Shown: in pieces, positions 21,010-31,167 of the stretch
Position numbering within the stretch: the stretch's first letter is position 1
Layout: the number at the start of each line of letters is the position of its first letter
DNA from: Desulfomonilia bacterium
GTDB lineage: Bacteria > Desulfobacterota > Desulfomonilia > UBA1062
NCBI GenBank assembly: GCA_963664325.2
Contig: CAXXDQ010000007.1
Coordinates: 1-64,000 of the forward strand
Direction: 5' to 3'
Length of the DNA: 64,000 bases
Notes under the pieces: model-generated
Seen by the model: only the letters and a program-made list of their open reading frames with translations
Told to the model about the DNA's origin: nothing
Databases searched by the model: none
Program-made: the position numbers and the translations under genes

Positions 21010-21663
21010 TTATGAAGCGCCGAGCCCCCTTTTGATGAACTGCAATACGCCGTTTATCATGCGCTCGTCTTCATCGGCTGCGGAAGCCCCGGCAAAGATG
21101 CGCATTCGCTCGCTGTAATAGGTGCACGCATAGGAAAACTGGAAAACGAGAATTAGGCTGTCGAGGCAGAAAGCGGCCACACCCTCATCCACATCGGGCG
21201 CAACTTTTCCCCTGGCCCTGAAGTCGGCTATTAGTGATCTGTAGTATCGAGCGGCGATGGTCTCGATCTTCTGTGATATTTTCTTTGCAAGCACGGGCAG
21301 GCCTTCCGACGTACAGTGGAGATATACCTGGATCACCTGCGGCTTTTCCCTTGAATAGTTCATGGCGGCCCTTAAAATTCGCTCGATCTTTATGAATATG
21401 TCGTCTTCGCCCGCAATTATTTCCAGAAGCACCTTGTCAAGGTCCTGATAGCCGTAATCGATTACTGCCATGAAGAGGTCTTCCTTGGAGGGGAAATACT
21501 TGTAAACGGCGCCTATGCTTATCCCTGCGGCCTTTGCTATGGTGCTTATATTCGTGCCCTTGAAGCCGCTTGCTGCGAACTCGCACAGGGAGGCAGCCAG
21601 GATACGCTCGCGCTTTTCCTCCGGTATCCTGTCGAACGTTACCTTGTGAAATTTCCGCTCCAT
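21010..21663 (-). CDS. TetR/AcrR family regulator
   Basis: HTH IAKAAGISIGAVYKYFPSKEDLF. Confidence 0.92.
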   Translation of the reverse strand: MERKFHKVTFDRIPEEKRERILAASLCEFAASGFKGTNISTIAKAAGISIGAVYKYFPSKEDLFMAVIDYGYQDLDKVLLEIIAGEDDIFIKIERILRAAMNYSREKPQVIQVYLHCTSEGLPVLAKKISQKIETIAARYYRSLIADFRARGKVAPDVDEGVAAFCLDSLILVFQFSYACTYYSERMRIFAGASAADEDERMINGVLQFIKRGLGAS

Positions 21664-21801
21664 GGTTTCAGATACAATAGAAAACAAAAAATTCAAGGCC
21701 TATTTTTTCTGATGTCCCGGGACCGGAGGCTGTTGCCTTATAACCGTTTATCAGGCGGTTTTCAGGGTTTGTAATAAGGTCTTTCATATTCATTTATTTT
21801 T

Positions 21802-23436
21802 CTAGTACTTATAATACCTTTTTTCATTTTTTATATTGGGTATGTGGGTGAAGGCAGGCAACTGGGCCGGCTGCTGGCCTTCGATTGTTATGCAGAGGGG
21901 CTTGTCAACTGGCTTTAGAACAAGGTCCAGCATCTTGAAATTATGCAGATTGTTTACAGAAAAAAACGGCAGCACATTCCATTCGATATACATGTTTTCC
22001 TGTCGGTTCTTGAAATCCGAAAGGTCAAGCCTGTACAGATACTGGCCCGGGGTATCCGGGCTGTCAAAGTATTCTAGCCTGAATTTCGAATGGCCTGTAA
22101 GATAATCATTGAGACCGCTTATGATGCACATGGACCCGAATTGTCCGGTCAGGACATGCCATATGTAATTTTTCGTCGCACTTTTCTCTTCAAGGGTTTT
22201 TGGAGATTTCATCTTCGCTTCGACCGCAAAGCCCTTTTTGTTGCCCGATGTCAAGATGAAGCAGGGTTTTGAATCCTCGGACAGTACTTTCCGGTTCAGG
22301 TCTTCACCTATGCTCTGCGAATAATTTTTCAGTATTATCCCGGGATCGAACGGCGTTGATATGAAGTTTTCATCACGCAATGAAAAAGGCGTGACGATGA
22401 CATCGGTGAAAATTACCGGGGCTCCTATTCCAAGCGGCGTGGACAGTTTCCAGGAAACCCTTATCAGACCGATGACCTGCCCGTCGTACCAGGCCCGCCA
22501 TCTCAGATCAAACGACTCCTGATCCTGAACTTTCGTTATTCCCATGCGGTAATCCAGGGCCATTCTGATATAGAACTTGTTGTTTACATCCGTCATCGTG
22601 CCGCCGGCACCGGGGCTTATGAGCCATGAGCATACGTTCACTGTCGGGTATATTCTGTCCTCTTTCTTCAAGGGCCTGGATTGGATGAACATATACGGCG
22701 TGTAAATCACGGAAGAGTCCGGAAACAGGTTAACAAGATCGAAATTGCATTGGGGGGGGTCCGAAGTGAACGAAACAATATATACCCAGGCTTTTTCCCT
22801 GTCAGACGGGTAGGAGATCTCTATTTCCTGGACAGCCCAGACATCTCTGTACGAGGAGTTGATAATATCGCTGTCTATCCTGTGGCCTGCATCCATAGCC
22901 ATAAAGAAAATCTTATCATTATTGCTGAACATCCCGTCACTGTCCCTGAGATTGGCCTCGGGGCCGTAGGGGAATATAATTCTTTCCTGGGCGGTAAATT
23001 CAATGATATCAGAAGGGATCACATGAAGCCTGTTGTCCTTGAACGACAGGACCTTCAGGGAATTCACTGGCTGGCCGATAAATGTTTTTGCCTGGCTTCC
23101 CTCAACCCAGACAAGGTCGGCAAGCCGGTTGAGACTCTTCGTTTCGATTACGTTTGCCTGCCTTGTTTTAGCCGGGAGCTGTTCCTTCAAAAACAGGTCA
23201 TATCCGCTTTTTATATCCCTGCCGTATTCCGAGCTGTAGGCCCTGGATACGGAGTTCATATATAATTTCCATTGCCTTTCCCTCAATCTCTGGGTTGCCC
23301 AGAAGCTTTCAGGCAGGGAAAAAATATCTTCCTTTGCCCAGATTGAGAGTTCTGATTTTCCCGTATAGGCCGCGGCCGGTACCATGAGGGTCAAAAACAA
23401 AACGGCGGTTAAAGCTGATTTCCTGAACCTTCTCAT
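21802..23436 (-). CDS. Exported hypothetical protein
   Basis: Long ORF; signal peptide MRRFRKSALTAVLFLTLMVPAAA after a GGAGG RBS. Confidence 0.75.
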   Translation of the reverse strand: MRRFRKSALTAVLFLTLMVPAAAYTGKSELSIWAKEDIFSLPESFWATQRLRERQWKLYMNSVSRAYSSEYGRDIKSGYDLFLKEQLPAKTRQANVIETKSLNRLADLVWVEGSQAKTFIGQPVNSLKVLSFKDNRLHVIPSDIIEFTAQERIIFPYGPEANLRDSDGMFSNNDKIFFMAMDAGHRIDSDIINSSYRDVWAVQEIEISYPSDREKAWVYIVSFTSDPPQCNFDLVNLFPDSSVIYTPYMFIQSRPLKKEDRIYPTVNVCSWLISPGAGGTMTDVNNKFYIRMALDYRMGITKVQDQESFDLRWRAWYDGQVIGLIRVSWKLSTPLGIGAPVIFTDVIVTPFSLRDENFISTPFDPGIILKNYSQSIGEDLNRKVLSEDSKPCFILTSGNKKGFAVEAKMKSPKTLEEKSATKNYIWHVLTGQFGSMCIISGLNDYLTGHSKFRLEYFDSPDTPGQYLYRLDLSDFKNRQENMYIEWNVLPFFSVNNLHNFKMLDLVLKPVDKPLCITIEGQQPAQLPAFTHIPNIKNEKRYYKY

Positions 23437-23508
23437 GCAACCAACCTCCATTATGAAACTTGTTCGACGGCGAGAATCTGTCACTCAGAAATATTTTAAA
23501 TCAGATTA

Positions 23509-24900
23509 TTAAACCGAACCGTTGTAAAGGGGTTTTGTCGCCTCGACTTCGAGCCTTACCATCATGATGTGGACGGTACCGTCAATGTCGGCCGGGTTAT
23601 TCAAGAGATATTTCTCTATGATCTCGCCGATGAAGGCATCCTTCTTATCATCAGGGACGAGATTGGTGTAGGGGATCCAGGTGGTCCTCAACCAGCCCGC
23701 CATGCCTTCCTTGGAGTCGTAACGCATATCCTTGGGTAACAGCTCCACCCTTACGGGTTCAAGACCTGCATGCTTTAGCAGCATTCTGTATTCGTCGGGG
23801 CCGTAAAAGACATATGGAAAACTGATGGTCTTGAAATAATCCTTCCACTCGGGCATTGATATGACCTCTGCAAGTGCCGCGGAAACCTCGCTGACATTGC
23901 CTCTGCCTCCCATCTGGAAAAGGATTCTTCCGCCCGGCTTCAATCCTTTCTTTACACCTGCAAGCAGGGCTTTATGGTCGCTTACCCAGTGCAGGGCCGC
24001 ATTTGAAAAAACAATGTCAAAGGTGTCGTCAAACAGCATTTTCTGAGCATCCAGCTGCATGAATTTGAGGTTAAAGGCTTTTGCATAAGTTTCCTTTGCA
24101 TAATTGATCATTTCAGGAGAGCTGTCTATACCGATCACATGCCCGTCGGGAACCCTCTCGGCAATCATTTCGGTCAGCTTGCCGTGTCCGCATCCTATAT
24201 CGAGGACGGCCTCGCTCCCTTTCAATTGCAGCTTTTCAATCAGCTCGATGCCCAGCAATTCCTGGGCCGACGAATGCAGGGAATAATCACCCGGGCTCCA
24301 TTTGAATTTTTTTTCCTCTTCCCCCTGGGATTCCTTCTCGAAAAGGTCTTTGTTCTTTACATCCCAGCAGTTTCCTATCGGCCGGCCCAGTGAATAATAC
24401 ATGCGGCTCGCCATGTCGAAAAGCATGGGCCGGATTTTGCTTATATCGACCCGGGAGCCCTTCATCATCGATTCGTCGGAATATGTTGATACTATTTCCC
24501 CGATGAAGACGTCATGCGTGGGAAGTTCCATATGGTTTACAAGCCTGCATTCAATGGATACAGGGCATTCGTTGATCATCGGCGCTCCTTGGAGTTCGCC
24601 CTGGGTTATTTCAAAGAGCCCTGACTTGTCGGTGTTTTTTCCTGAAACGAGCCCTACATAATCAACCTTGCTCATCATTTCCTCTGAAGGGATGTTTATG
24701 CTGAATGCCCTGTTTTTCTTGATTCCCTGGTTGGTGTAATGGATCTTGCCCAGGCTTATGGATACAAGGTGCGGCGCATTTGCGTTCAATACCCCGACAT
24801 GAGCAACCGTAATAAAATTGGGTTTGCCGTCGACAAGGGTACCTACAAGCACCACCGGCATCGGATACAGTGCGTTCATGTTACCGATTTTTGTCTTCAT
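23509..24900 (-). CDS. Fusion of flavin reductase (flavoredoxin-like) and class I SAM methyltransferase (Tam-like)
   Basis: N-half YPMPVVLVGT..ECRL..HDVFIGEI; C-half VLDIGCGHG, GIDSSPEMI, FSNAALHWV. Confidence 0.85.
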   Translation of the reverse strand: MKTKIGNMNALYPMPVVLVGTLVDGKPNFITVAHVGVLNANAPHLVSISLGKIHYTNQGIKKNRAFSINIPSEEMMSKVDYVGLVSGKNTDKSGLFEITQGELQGAPMINECPVSIECRLVNHMELPTHDVFIGEIVSTYSDESMMKGSRVDISKIRPMLFDMASRMYYSLGRPIGNCWDVKNKDLFEKESQGEEEKKFKWSPGDYSLHSSAQELLGIELIEKLQLKGSEAVLDIGCGHGKLTEMIAERVPDGHVIGIDSSPEMINYAKETYAKAFNLKFMQLDAQKMLFDDTFDIVFSNAALHWVSDHKALLAGVKKGLKPGGRILFQMGGRGNVSEVSAALAEVISMPEWKDYFKTISFPYVFYGPDEYRMLLKHAGLEPVRVELLPKDMRYDSKEGMAGWLRTTWIPYTNLVPDDKKDAFIGEIIEKYLLNNPADIDGTVHIMMVRLEVEATKPLYNGSV

Positions 24901-25041
24901 TAAACCCTCCTGAAGAATTTAAAGCTTTCAAGCCGATATGGGTTATAACGGTTTTTACGCCAATCGACTTTAGTGGTTTATCTTTAAAGTCTTTATCATA
25001 CTTGCTTTGGTTTATGAATATAGTTTAATGAGCCGGTTATA

Positions 25042-25455
25042 ATGGATGCTGAAAAAAATAAATACAATCCCTGTCTCACGTGCGGCGCATGCTGTGCATA
25101 CTTCCGGGTTTCATTCTACTGGGGTGAATGCGATGATGCAAAAGAAGGCGGAGTGCCGGCCGGTCTTACCGAGAAGTTGAATGATTTCAGGGCTGTCATG
25201 AAAGGCACCAATCGCCCTGAACCCCGCTGTATAGCTCTTGCAGGCGAGATAGGAAAAGAGGTGCGGTGCACGATTTACGAGAGGCGCCCGCAGGTCTGCC
25301 GCGACATACCTTTTTCATGGGCCGAAGGACTGCCTGAGGAAAAATGCGACAAGTCCAGGGCGGCCTGGGGGCTTGAAAAGCTTTTTAAAAAAACAGACGG
25401 CACCTCCGCCGGAAGCGGGTATCAGGCGGAGATAAAACCCGGAAAAATCAAATAG
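25042..25455 (+). CDS. YkgJ family cysteine-cluster protein
   Basis: CLTCGACC, RCIAL, CTIYERRPQVCR. Confidence 0.88.
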   Translation: MDAEKNKYNPCLTCGACCAYFRVSFYWGECDDAKEGGVPAGLTEKLNDFRAVMKGTNRPEPRCIALAGEIGKEVRCTIYERRPQVCRDIPFSWAEGLPEEKCDKSRAAWGLEKLFKKTDGTSAGSGYQAEIKPGKIK

Positions 25456-25473
25456 CCTCTGGTTAAGACGCAA

Positions 25474-25977
25474 TCAGCCGCATGCTACTGTTTCCTTCTG
25501 GCAGGCCTCTTCCTTCTGAATTTCGGTTATCCGGTTTCTCCTTCTTTCAATCGCCTCTTTGTTGCGCCTTCTTTCATTTTCGTTTTCGAGGACAATTCCC
25601 GGGACTTCCATAGGTTTAAGGTTTTGATCAAGCGCCACGAAGGTCAGATATGCGGATGCGGTGTGCCTGATTTGGCCTGTTATAATGTCTTCTGCCTCGA
25701 CCCTGACGCCCACCTCCATGGAAGTCCTTCCGACATGATTGATGCCGGCTCTCAGTGTGAGAAGATTGCCTATGAAAACGGGGCTGAAAAAGCTCAGCCT
25801 GTCGATCGAGGCCGTGACGACATTACCTCTCGCATGCCTGGCCGCGACCGTGCCTGCAGCATCGTCTATCAGTTTCATGATGACTCCGCCATGCACATTG
25901 CCGGCCAGGTTGGCATCCTGGGGTGTCATCAGCTGCGTCATTGTTACTGCTGAATCTTTAATGGTTTTATCATTCAT
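25474..25977 (-). CDS. Hot-dog fold acyl-CoA thioesterase (YciA-like)
   Basis: DANLAGNVHGG, VGRTSMEVGVRV, AYLTFVALD. Confidence 0.92.
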   Translation of the reverse strand: MNDKTIKDSAVTMTQLMTPQDANLAGNVHGGVIMKLIDDAAGTVAARHARGNVVTASIDRLSFFSPVFIGNLLTLRAGINHVGRTSMEVGVRVEAEDIITGQIRHTASAYLTFVALDQNLKPMEVPGIVLENENERRRNKEAIERRRNRITEIQKEEACQKETVACG

Positions 25978-26021
25978 GCAGAGCTCCTTAACCACAGAAA
26001 TAGTGATCTTCAGCCGATCTG

Positions 26022-27555
26022 TCAATAACGAGGGGCCTGTCGGTCGAGCCGTTCCGCCTTCATGACGTTTTCCATGAAATGCTCCACCTGCTGCTTCATT
26101 CCTGCGTGTGAAACGATGCGCGGATCGGAGAGGTCATAATCAAGGATCAGCAATGGGATCCTCAGCGCCCGGCATTTTTCCCTGAGGATGCCGTTCATGG
26201 CCTGGCCGCCCTTGCAGCCGACGTGGTTGGCTATCCATACCATGTCCAGATCGAACTGCTTGTACATGCGGAATATATCGTCCAGGTAGTTCTCGGCCGG
26301 GCCCCGGGTGTGGCGCACCATGGGGCCCTGCATGATCGTCTTTCCCCAGGTTCTGAGCATGGTCTCGGGTGAGGTTGTGTCTATGGGCTCATGGTGGTTG
26401 TAGGTCATGCTGTCGTTGATGAGCGTCACGCCGTATGTACGTTCGGCCCAGCTGAAGATGTCTATGAAGTGCAGGAAGGGCGGATTCCAGAGTACGGCGC
26501 GGAACCTTTCGTTTTTCGTGGCCGGGATATTTTTCTCATAGTTGGCGCGGGCCATTTCAAGAAGTTTTTCATAGTGGCGTATCGAGATCGGGTCTCCCGC
26601 CGTGATGTTGAAATGCCACAGGTGGCTCAGCCATACGGCCTCGGACGCCAGCGGGGCCGGCCGTGTCCGGAGCATGTCCCATAGTTCCGTTTCCATCTCC
26701 AGCATGCGGTTGCGGCCGGTGCATATCTTGCGCAGAAGCTCCCAGTCCATACGCCCGGGTGTGTGCTGCTCCAGCCATGTGATCATGCCCATGACGTCCC
26801 GGGCGAAGAGATTCTCGGCCCGTTCGCTGTGAAAATTATAAGGTACGTCCAGACGGTAGGCCGGCAGGTCATAGGCCCGCTGCAGGAAGGCATACGATGC
26901 AGCGCCGGCGTCGCAGGGCATGTTGGAGCTTACGATGGCGATCCCCCTGGGCATATGGCCTTTGAGGACCATGCCCACAGTGGCCTTGGGCAGGCTGCAG
27001 GCGTCCGGGTTGATTCCCGCGTTCTCGGCCTCGTCTATGTATTTCAGTGAGGACTCCGGTTCTATTATGGGCAGGACGATTCCCATGGCCTCAAGAAGAT
27101 AGGATTTGAGGCCCATGGCGCGTGAGATGTCATAGGGCACGAGGTCTTCGTTGATGACCAGCAGCCCCGGGAAAAAAAAACATGCTGCGGAGCTGCTCCA
27201 TCACTCCGAGGGCCACGGAGTGGACCGTCATGCAGATGGAGGCGTGATATATTCCGGTACGGCCTTTTACCAGGCGCCTGGCCAGCCCGTTGACCCTCAG
27301 CAGGGTCAGTATCCAGGGATTTTTGATCAGGGTGCGTATGAAACCCGGCAAACCGAGCTTCAACAATGCCTGGAGAAGGAATCTGAGGATTGCGGCCCAG
27401 GTGAGGCCCCAGTATTTTATATACACCAGGGCATCCACCGGATTCTGCGCATCACAAAGGTATCCGGCCAGGGAATTCTGCAGGGAAGCCTTTAACAGCC
27501 CCTGTATATTCATGAGACGGGTTTTTATCTGTCCTGTTATGTTATTTATTCCCAT
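26022..27555 (-). CDS. 2-hydroxyacyl-CoA dehydratase family subunit, paralog of 28444-29997 (frameshift in a T9 run at 27172-27180)
   Basis: ORFs 27130-27603 and 26022-27140 join if one T is removed; DACSLPK, MPCD, HVGCK motifs. Confidence 0.85.
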
Positions 27556-27630
27556 GCCGCCGGCTCCTTTCTTCAAATTTGCAAAACATGCAATAACAGC
27601 CATATCAATGATGTCAGGCTTCTGACATGA

Positions 27631-28428
27631 TCAGGAAGCCCCTTTTCTGCGTGCAAAGACCGCTGCCCCCAAGGCGCCTATTATCTGCGGGTCCACGGGA
27701 AGCGGCGTCACTTCCATGTCGATGATTCTGGTCAGCGCCTTGATGAGGCCGTGGTTTTTGGCACAGCCTCCGGTGACCGTCACTTTGGGGTTCATTCCTA
27801 TGCGTTTGAGAAGGGTGAAGCACCTTTTGGCCACGGCCGTCTGGATGCCTGCCGCGATTTCTTCGGGCGGGTTGCGCCGGGCCAGGAGGCTGATCACCTC
27901 GCTTTCGGCAAAGACGCTGCACTGTGCCGTGACCGGTATTATTTTCTTTGCCATGAGAGAGAGCTGTGAAAATTCTTCGAGATCCATGCGGAATGTGCGG
28001 CTCATGGCCTCGAAGAAACGTCCTGTGCCGGCGGCGCACTTGTCATTCATGGCAAACTCCAGAACCGAACCGTCATGGTTTATGGATATGGTCTTCACGT
28101 CCTGCCCGCCGATATCCACGAGGGTCTTGATCATGGGATCGCAGGTGAATGTGCCCATCGCATGGCAGCTGATTTCGGAGATGTTCTCGTTGGCAAACGG
28201 GACCTCGTTTCTCCCGTATCCGGTGCCGACCAGACAGGCCAGCTCCCTGTAGCTTTCAAGCCCCGGAACCTGCAGGCAGGCCTTTTCAAGCGCCAGCCTC
28301 GACGTCAGTTCCGGATCAATTTCACTCGGGACAATGGATGTTGCGGCAATGGAGCCGGCTTCATCAAGGATTACGACCTTGCCGGTAGTTGACCCCACAT
28401 CACATCCCCCGAAATACCTCTTTGCCAT
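27631..28428 (-). CDS. Acyl-CoA dehydratase activase (ASKHA ATPase, HgdC/HadI-like)
   Basis: DVGSTTGK, GTGYGR, DIGGQD, NDKCAAGTGRF, CSVFAESE, GALGAA. Confidence 0.93.
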   Translation of the reverse strand: MAKRYFGGCDVGSTTGKVVILDEAGSIAATSIVPSEIDPELTSRLALEKACLQVPGLESYRELACLVGTGYGRNEVPFANENISEISCHAMGTFTCDPMIKTLVDIGGQDVKTISINHDGSVLEFAMNDKCAAGTGRFFEAMSRTFRMDLEEFSQLSLMAKKIIPVTAQCSVFAESEVISLLARRNPPEEIAAGIQTAVAKRCFTLLKRIGMNPKVTVTGGCAKNHGLIKALTRIIDMEVTPLPVDPQIIGALGAAVFARRKGAS

Positions 28429-28443
28429 ATCCGCCTCCAGAAT

Positions 28444-29997
28444 TTATATCTTGCCGCGCGCCAGGTTCCGTTTCCTCCCCGGATGATCTAGGCGCTCTGC
28501 CTTCATGACATTTTCCATGAAATGTTCCACCTGCTTCATCATTCCGGCATGTGAAACTATGCGGTTATCGAGCAGGTCGTAATCGAGTATCAGCAGCGGT
28601 ATCCCCTTGGCGCGGCACAGCTCGCGCAGGATGCCGTTCAGCGCCTGGGCGGTCTTGCAGCCCACGTGGTTGGCGACCCACACCATGTCGAGATTGAACC
28701 GCTTGTACATGCTGAAGATATCGTCAAGGTAGTTCTCGGCCGGTCCTCTGGTATGGCGGACCATGGGCCCCTGCATGATTGTGCCGGCAAGCCCCTGCAG
28801 CATGGATTCCGGGGTCGAGGTGTCTATAGGTGCATGATGATGATATGTCATGCTGTCGTTCAAAAGGGTCAACCCGTAGGTCCGCTCCGCCCAGTTGAAA
28901 AGGTCGATGAAATGGAAGAAGGGGGGGTTCCAGAGAATCGCCCGGTATTTCTCATTGCTTGTTGCGGCGAGGCCCTTTTCAAGGTTTTTGCGCGCCAGCG
29001 CCACAAGCTGCTCGAAGCAATGTACGGCAAACTTTTCTCCAGCAAGCGTGTTGAAGTGCCACAGATGACCCAGACACATGGCCTCGGCAGACATCGGGGC
29101 AGGCCGTACGCTTGCCATGTCCCAGAGTTCGAGCTCAAGTTCCAGCATGCGGTTCCGTCCCTCGCAGATTTCGCGGAGCCGTCCCCAGTCCATGCGGCCC
29201 GGGGTGTGCTGTTCGAGAAAGGCGACCATTCCTTTAAGGTCGTCTGTAAAAAGCTTTTCCGCCCGTTCATTGCGGAAGTTAAACGGCACATCGAGCCTGT
29301 AGGTCGGGATGTTATATGCTTTCTGGATAAAAGCATATGAGGCGGCCCCGGCGTCACAGGGCATGTTTGAACTTACCATGGCAAGGCCTTTCGGGACATG
29401 GTCTTTGAGAACCATGCCCACGGTGGCTTTGGGCAGACTGCAGGCATCCGGATTTATGCCCTCGTTTTCGGCCTCGTCTATGTATTTGAGACCTGCTTCC
29501 GGCAGCAGCATGGGCAGGAGCATTCCCATGGACTCGAGGAGCCAGACCTTCAGTCCCATGGCGCGGGCGATGTCTGACGGCACCAGATCCTCGTTTATGA
29601 TCAGCCTGTCGGAATCAAATATGATATTTTCGATCTGCGCTGCCACCGAAACAACTACAGTGTGAACCATCATGCAGATGGACTCGTGGTATGCCCCGCT
29701 CCGGCCTCTGACAAGCCGCCTCGAGAGCCCGTTCACTCCGATCAGAATGAATACCCAGGGGTAGTTGACAAGGGTGCGGACAAGGCCGGCAGGTCCGCGC
29801 CTCAAGAGTATTTTAAAGAAAAGGCCCAAAATGATTTTCCATGTCAGGGCCCAGTATTTAATATAAACAAGGGCGTCTTTCAGGTTTCTTGAATCGATCA
29901 GATATGCCGCCAGCGAATTCTGCAGAAACTTCCGTACAATCCCCGGTATGTTCACAAGCCGTGGCCATGTGTCTGCAAACAAACCTTTCAATGCCAT
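28444..29997 (-). CDS. 2-hydroxyacyl-CoA dehydratase family subunit with N-terminal hydrophobic extension
   Basis: DACSLPK, MPCD, HVGCK, GIPLLILDYDLLDNR motifs. Confidence 0.88.
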   Translation of the reverse strand: MALKGLFADTWPRLVNIPGIVRKFLQNSLAAYLIDSRNLKDALVYIKYWALTWKIILGLFFKILLRRGPAGLVRTLVNYPWVFILIGVNGLSRRLVRGRSGAYHESICMMVHTVVVSVAAQIENIIFDSDRLIINEDLVPSDIARAMGLKVWLLESMGMLLPMLLPEAGLKYIDEAENEGINPDACSLPKATVGMVLKDHVPKGLAMVSSNMPCDAGAASYAFIQKAYNIPTYRLDVPFNFRNERAEKLFTDDLKGMVAFLEQHTPGRMDWGRLREICEGRNRMLELELELWDMASVRPAPMSAEAMCLGHLWHFNTLAGEKFAVHCFEQLVALARKNLEKGLAATSNEKYRAILWNPPFFHFIDLFNWAERTYGLTLLNDSMTYHHHAPIDTSTPESMLQGLAGTIMQGPMVRHTRGPAENYLDDIFSMYKRFNLDMVWVANHVGCKTAQALNGILRELCRAKGIPLLILDYDLLDNRIVSHAGMMKQVEHFMENVMKAERLDHPGRKRNLARGKI

Positions 29998-30017
29998 ACA
30001 AACGCCTCTTGCCAAAA

Positions 30018-31151
30018 TTATTTGCCCAGGCTCTCGATAAAAGCCTGCACACGGGTTCGCAGCTGGCCCTCACCGCTGAGACGGTATTCCCTTTCGATCT
30101 TCAGAACAGGGATACCCTCTTTCCGAAGCGCGCTCACCATGGGCATGGAATCAACACCCCAGAGGTCGCAGAATTTTATGATTTCTATTGCAACGCCGTC
30201 CACACGGTATTCCCTGACGGTCTCGATAATCTTCTGAAGCCTCAGATCGAAATTTTCCATCATGCGCGGACACAGCGTCCTTTTGAAGGAGTATTCGGCC
30301 AGGGCCCTGATTGCATCACCGCCGTAATCGATCAATCCGAGCCCCGGCATGGAGCCGGTGCAGAACCTGTCAGCCACCACAAGTCCTCCCTGGGATTCGA
30401 TGATTCTTATAAATTCAGGGTCGTGCAGGTGGGAACCCACGAGCATGAGCCGGGCCCGGTGGTTCTGACGGTCCTGACGCATTTCGATCTCGGTCTTCAA
30501 TTCTCTGATAATGGGAAGGATAAGGTCCTTGGGCGAGGTGAGCGATGCCATGACCACCCTGTGGAATTCAGCTCCGGTAATCGGCGGGTCCGGTCTTTTG
30601 CGCATCTCTCCTATGGACTGCACGAGCGATGCGAAGTCGTTCCATTCATCGATCGCCTTTTTGAGCGAGGCCTCGCCCGTATCTACTCCGAAGTATGTTG
30701 AAAGGCTCTGCGCGAGCATGCCGAGTTCCTCGGCCTGCCAGGCTGTTGTCGCTTCATTTACCTTTCTGGGCACGTCCAGGATATGGTTGAAAGCCGGTTT
30801 CTTGAGATACTCCAGGTTGTCAAAAAGGCGCTGCATGTGGGCGCATGAGGGTACGAAAACCCAGCCCCTGATGAGGTCGTAACGGTCGTCCATTGCGAAT
30901 TCAAGCAGGCTGCGGGCATAAGTGCATACAAAGCTTGACAGATAATTGTCTGCGAGTTCAGTGCCGGATATCCCCGGAGCCTGGAGCCGCACGGGGAAAA
31001 GCCTGTCGGCCATCAGGATGGCTTCCGGCACAAAAGAGCAGGAATACCCTATGGGTATACGGCCGTCCGCAACGGCCTGCTCAACCAGCCGGTTCTGGGG
31101 GCTTTCAAGAAGCCCCTCAAATTCCTTGAAAATGCTTCGGTCTGCTGTCAT
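30018..31151 (-). CDS. 2-hydroxyacyl-CoA dehydratase / benzoyl-CoA reductase subunit C-like
   Basis: GYSCSFVPE, VCTYARS, KFCDLW, EREY..GQLRTRVQAFIE. Confidence 0.9.
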   Translation of the reverse strand: MTADRSIFKEFEGLLESPQNRLVEQAVADGRIPIGYSCSFVPEAILMADRLFPVRLQAPGISGTELADNYLSSFVCTYARSLLEFAMDDRYDLIRGWVFVPSCAHMQRLFDNLEYLKKPAFNHILDVPRKVNEATTAWQAEELGMLAQSLSTYFGVDTGEASLKKAIDEWNDFASLVQSIGEMRKRPDPPITGAEFHRVVMASLTSPKDLILPIIRELKTEIEMRQDRQNHRARLMLVGSHLHDPEFIRIIESQGGLVVADRFCTGSMPGLGLIDYGGDAIRALAEYSFKRTLCPRMMENFDLRLQKIIETVREYRVDGVAIEIIKFCDLWGVDSMPMVSALRKEGIPVLKIEREYRLSGEGQLRTRVQAFIESLGK

Positions 31152-31167
31152 TAGAGCCCTCTCTTCA

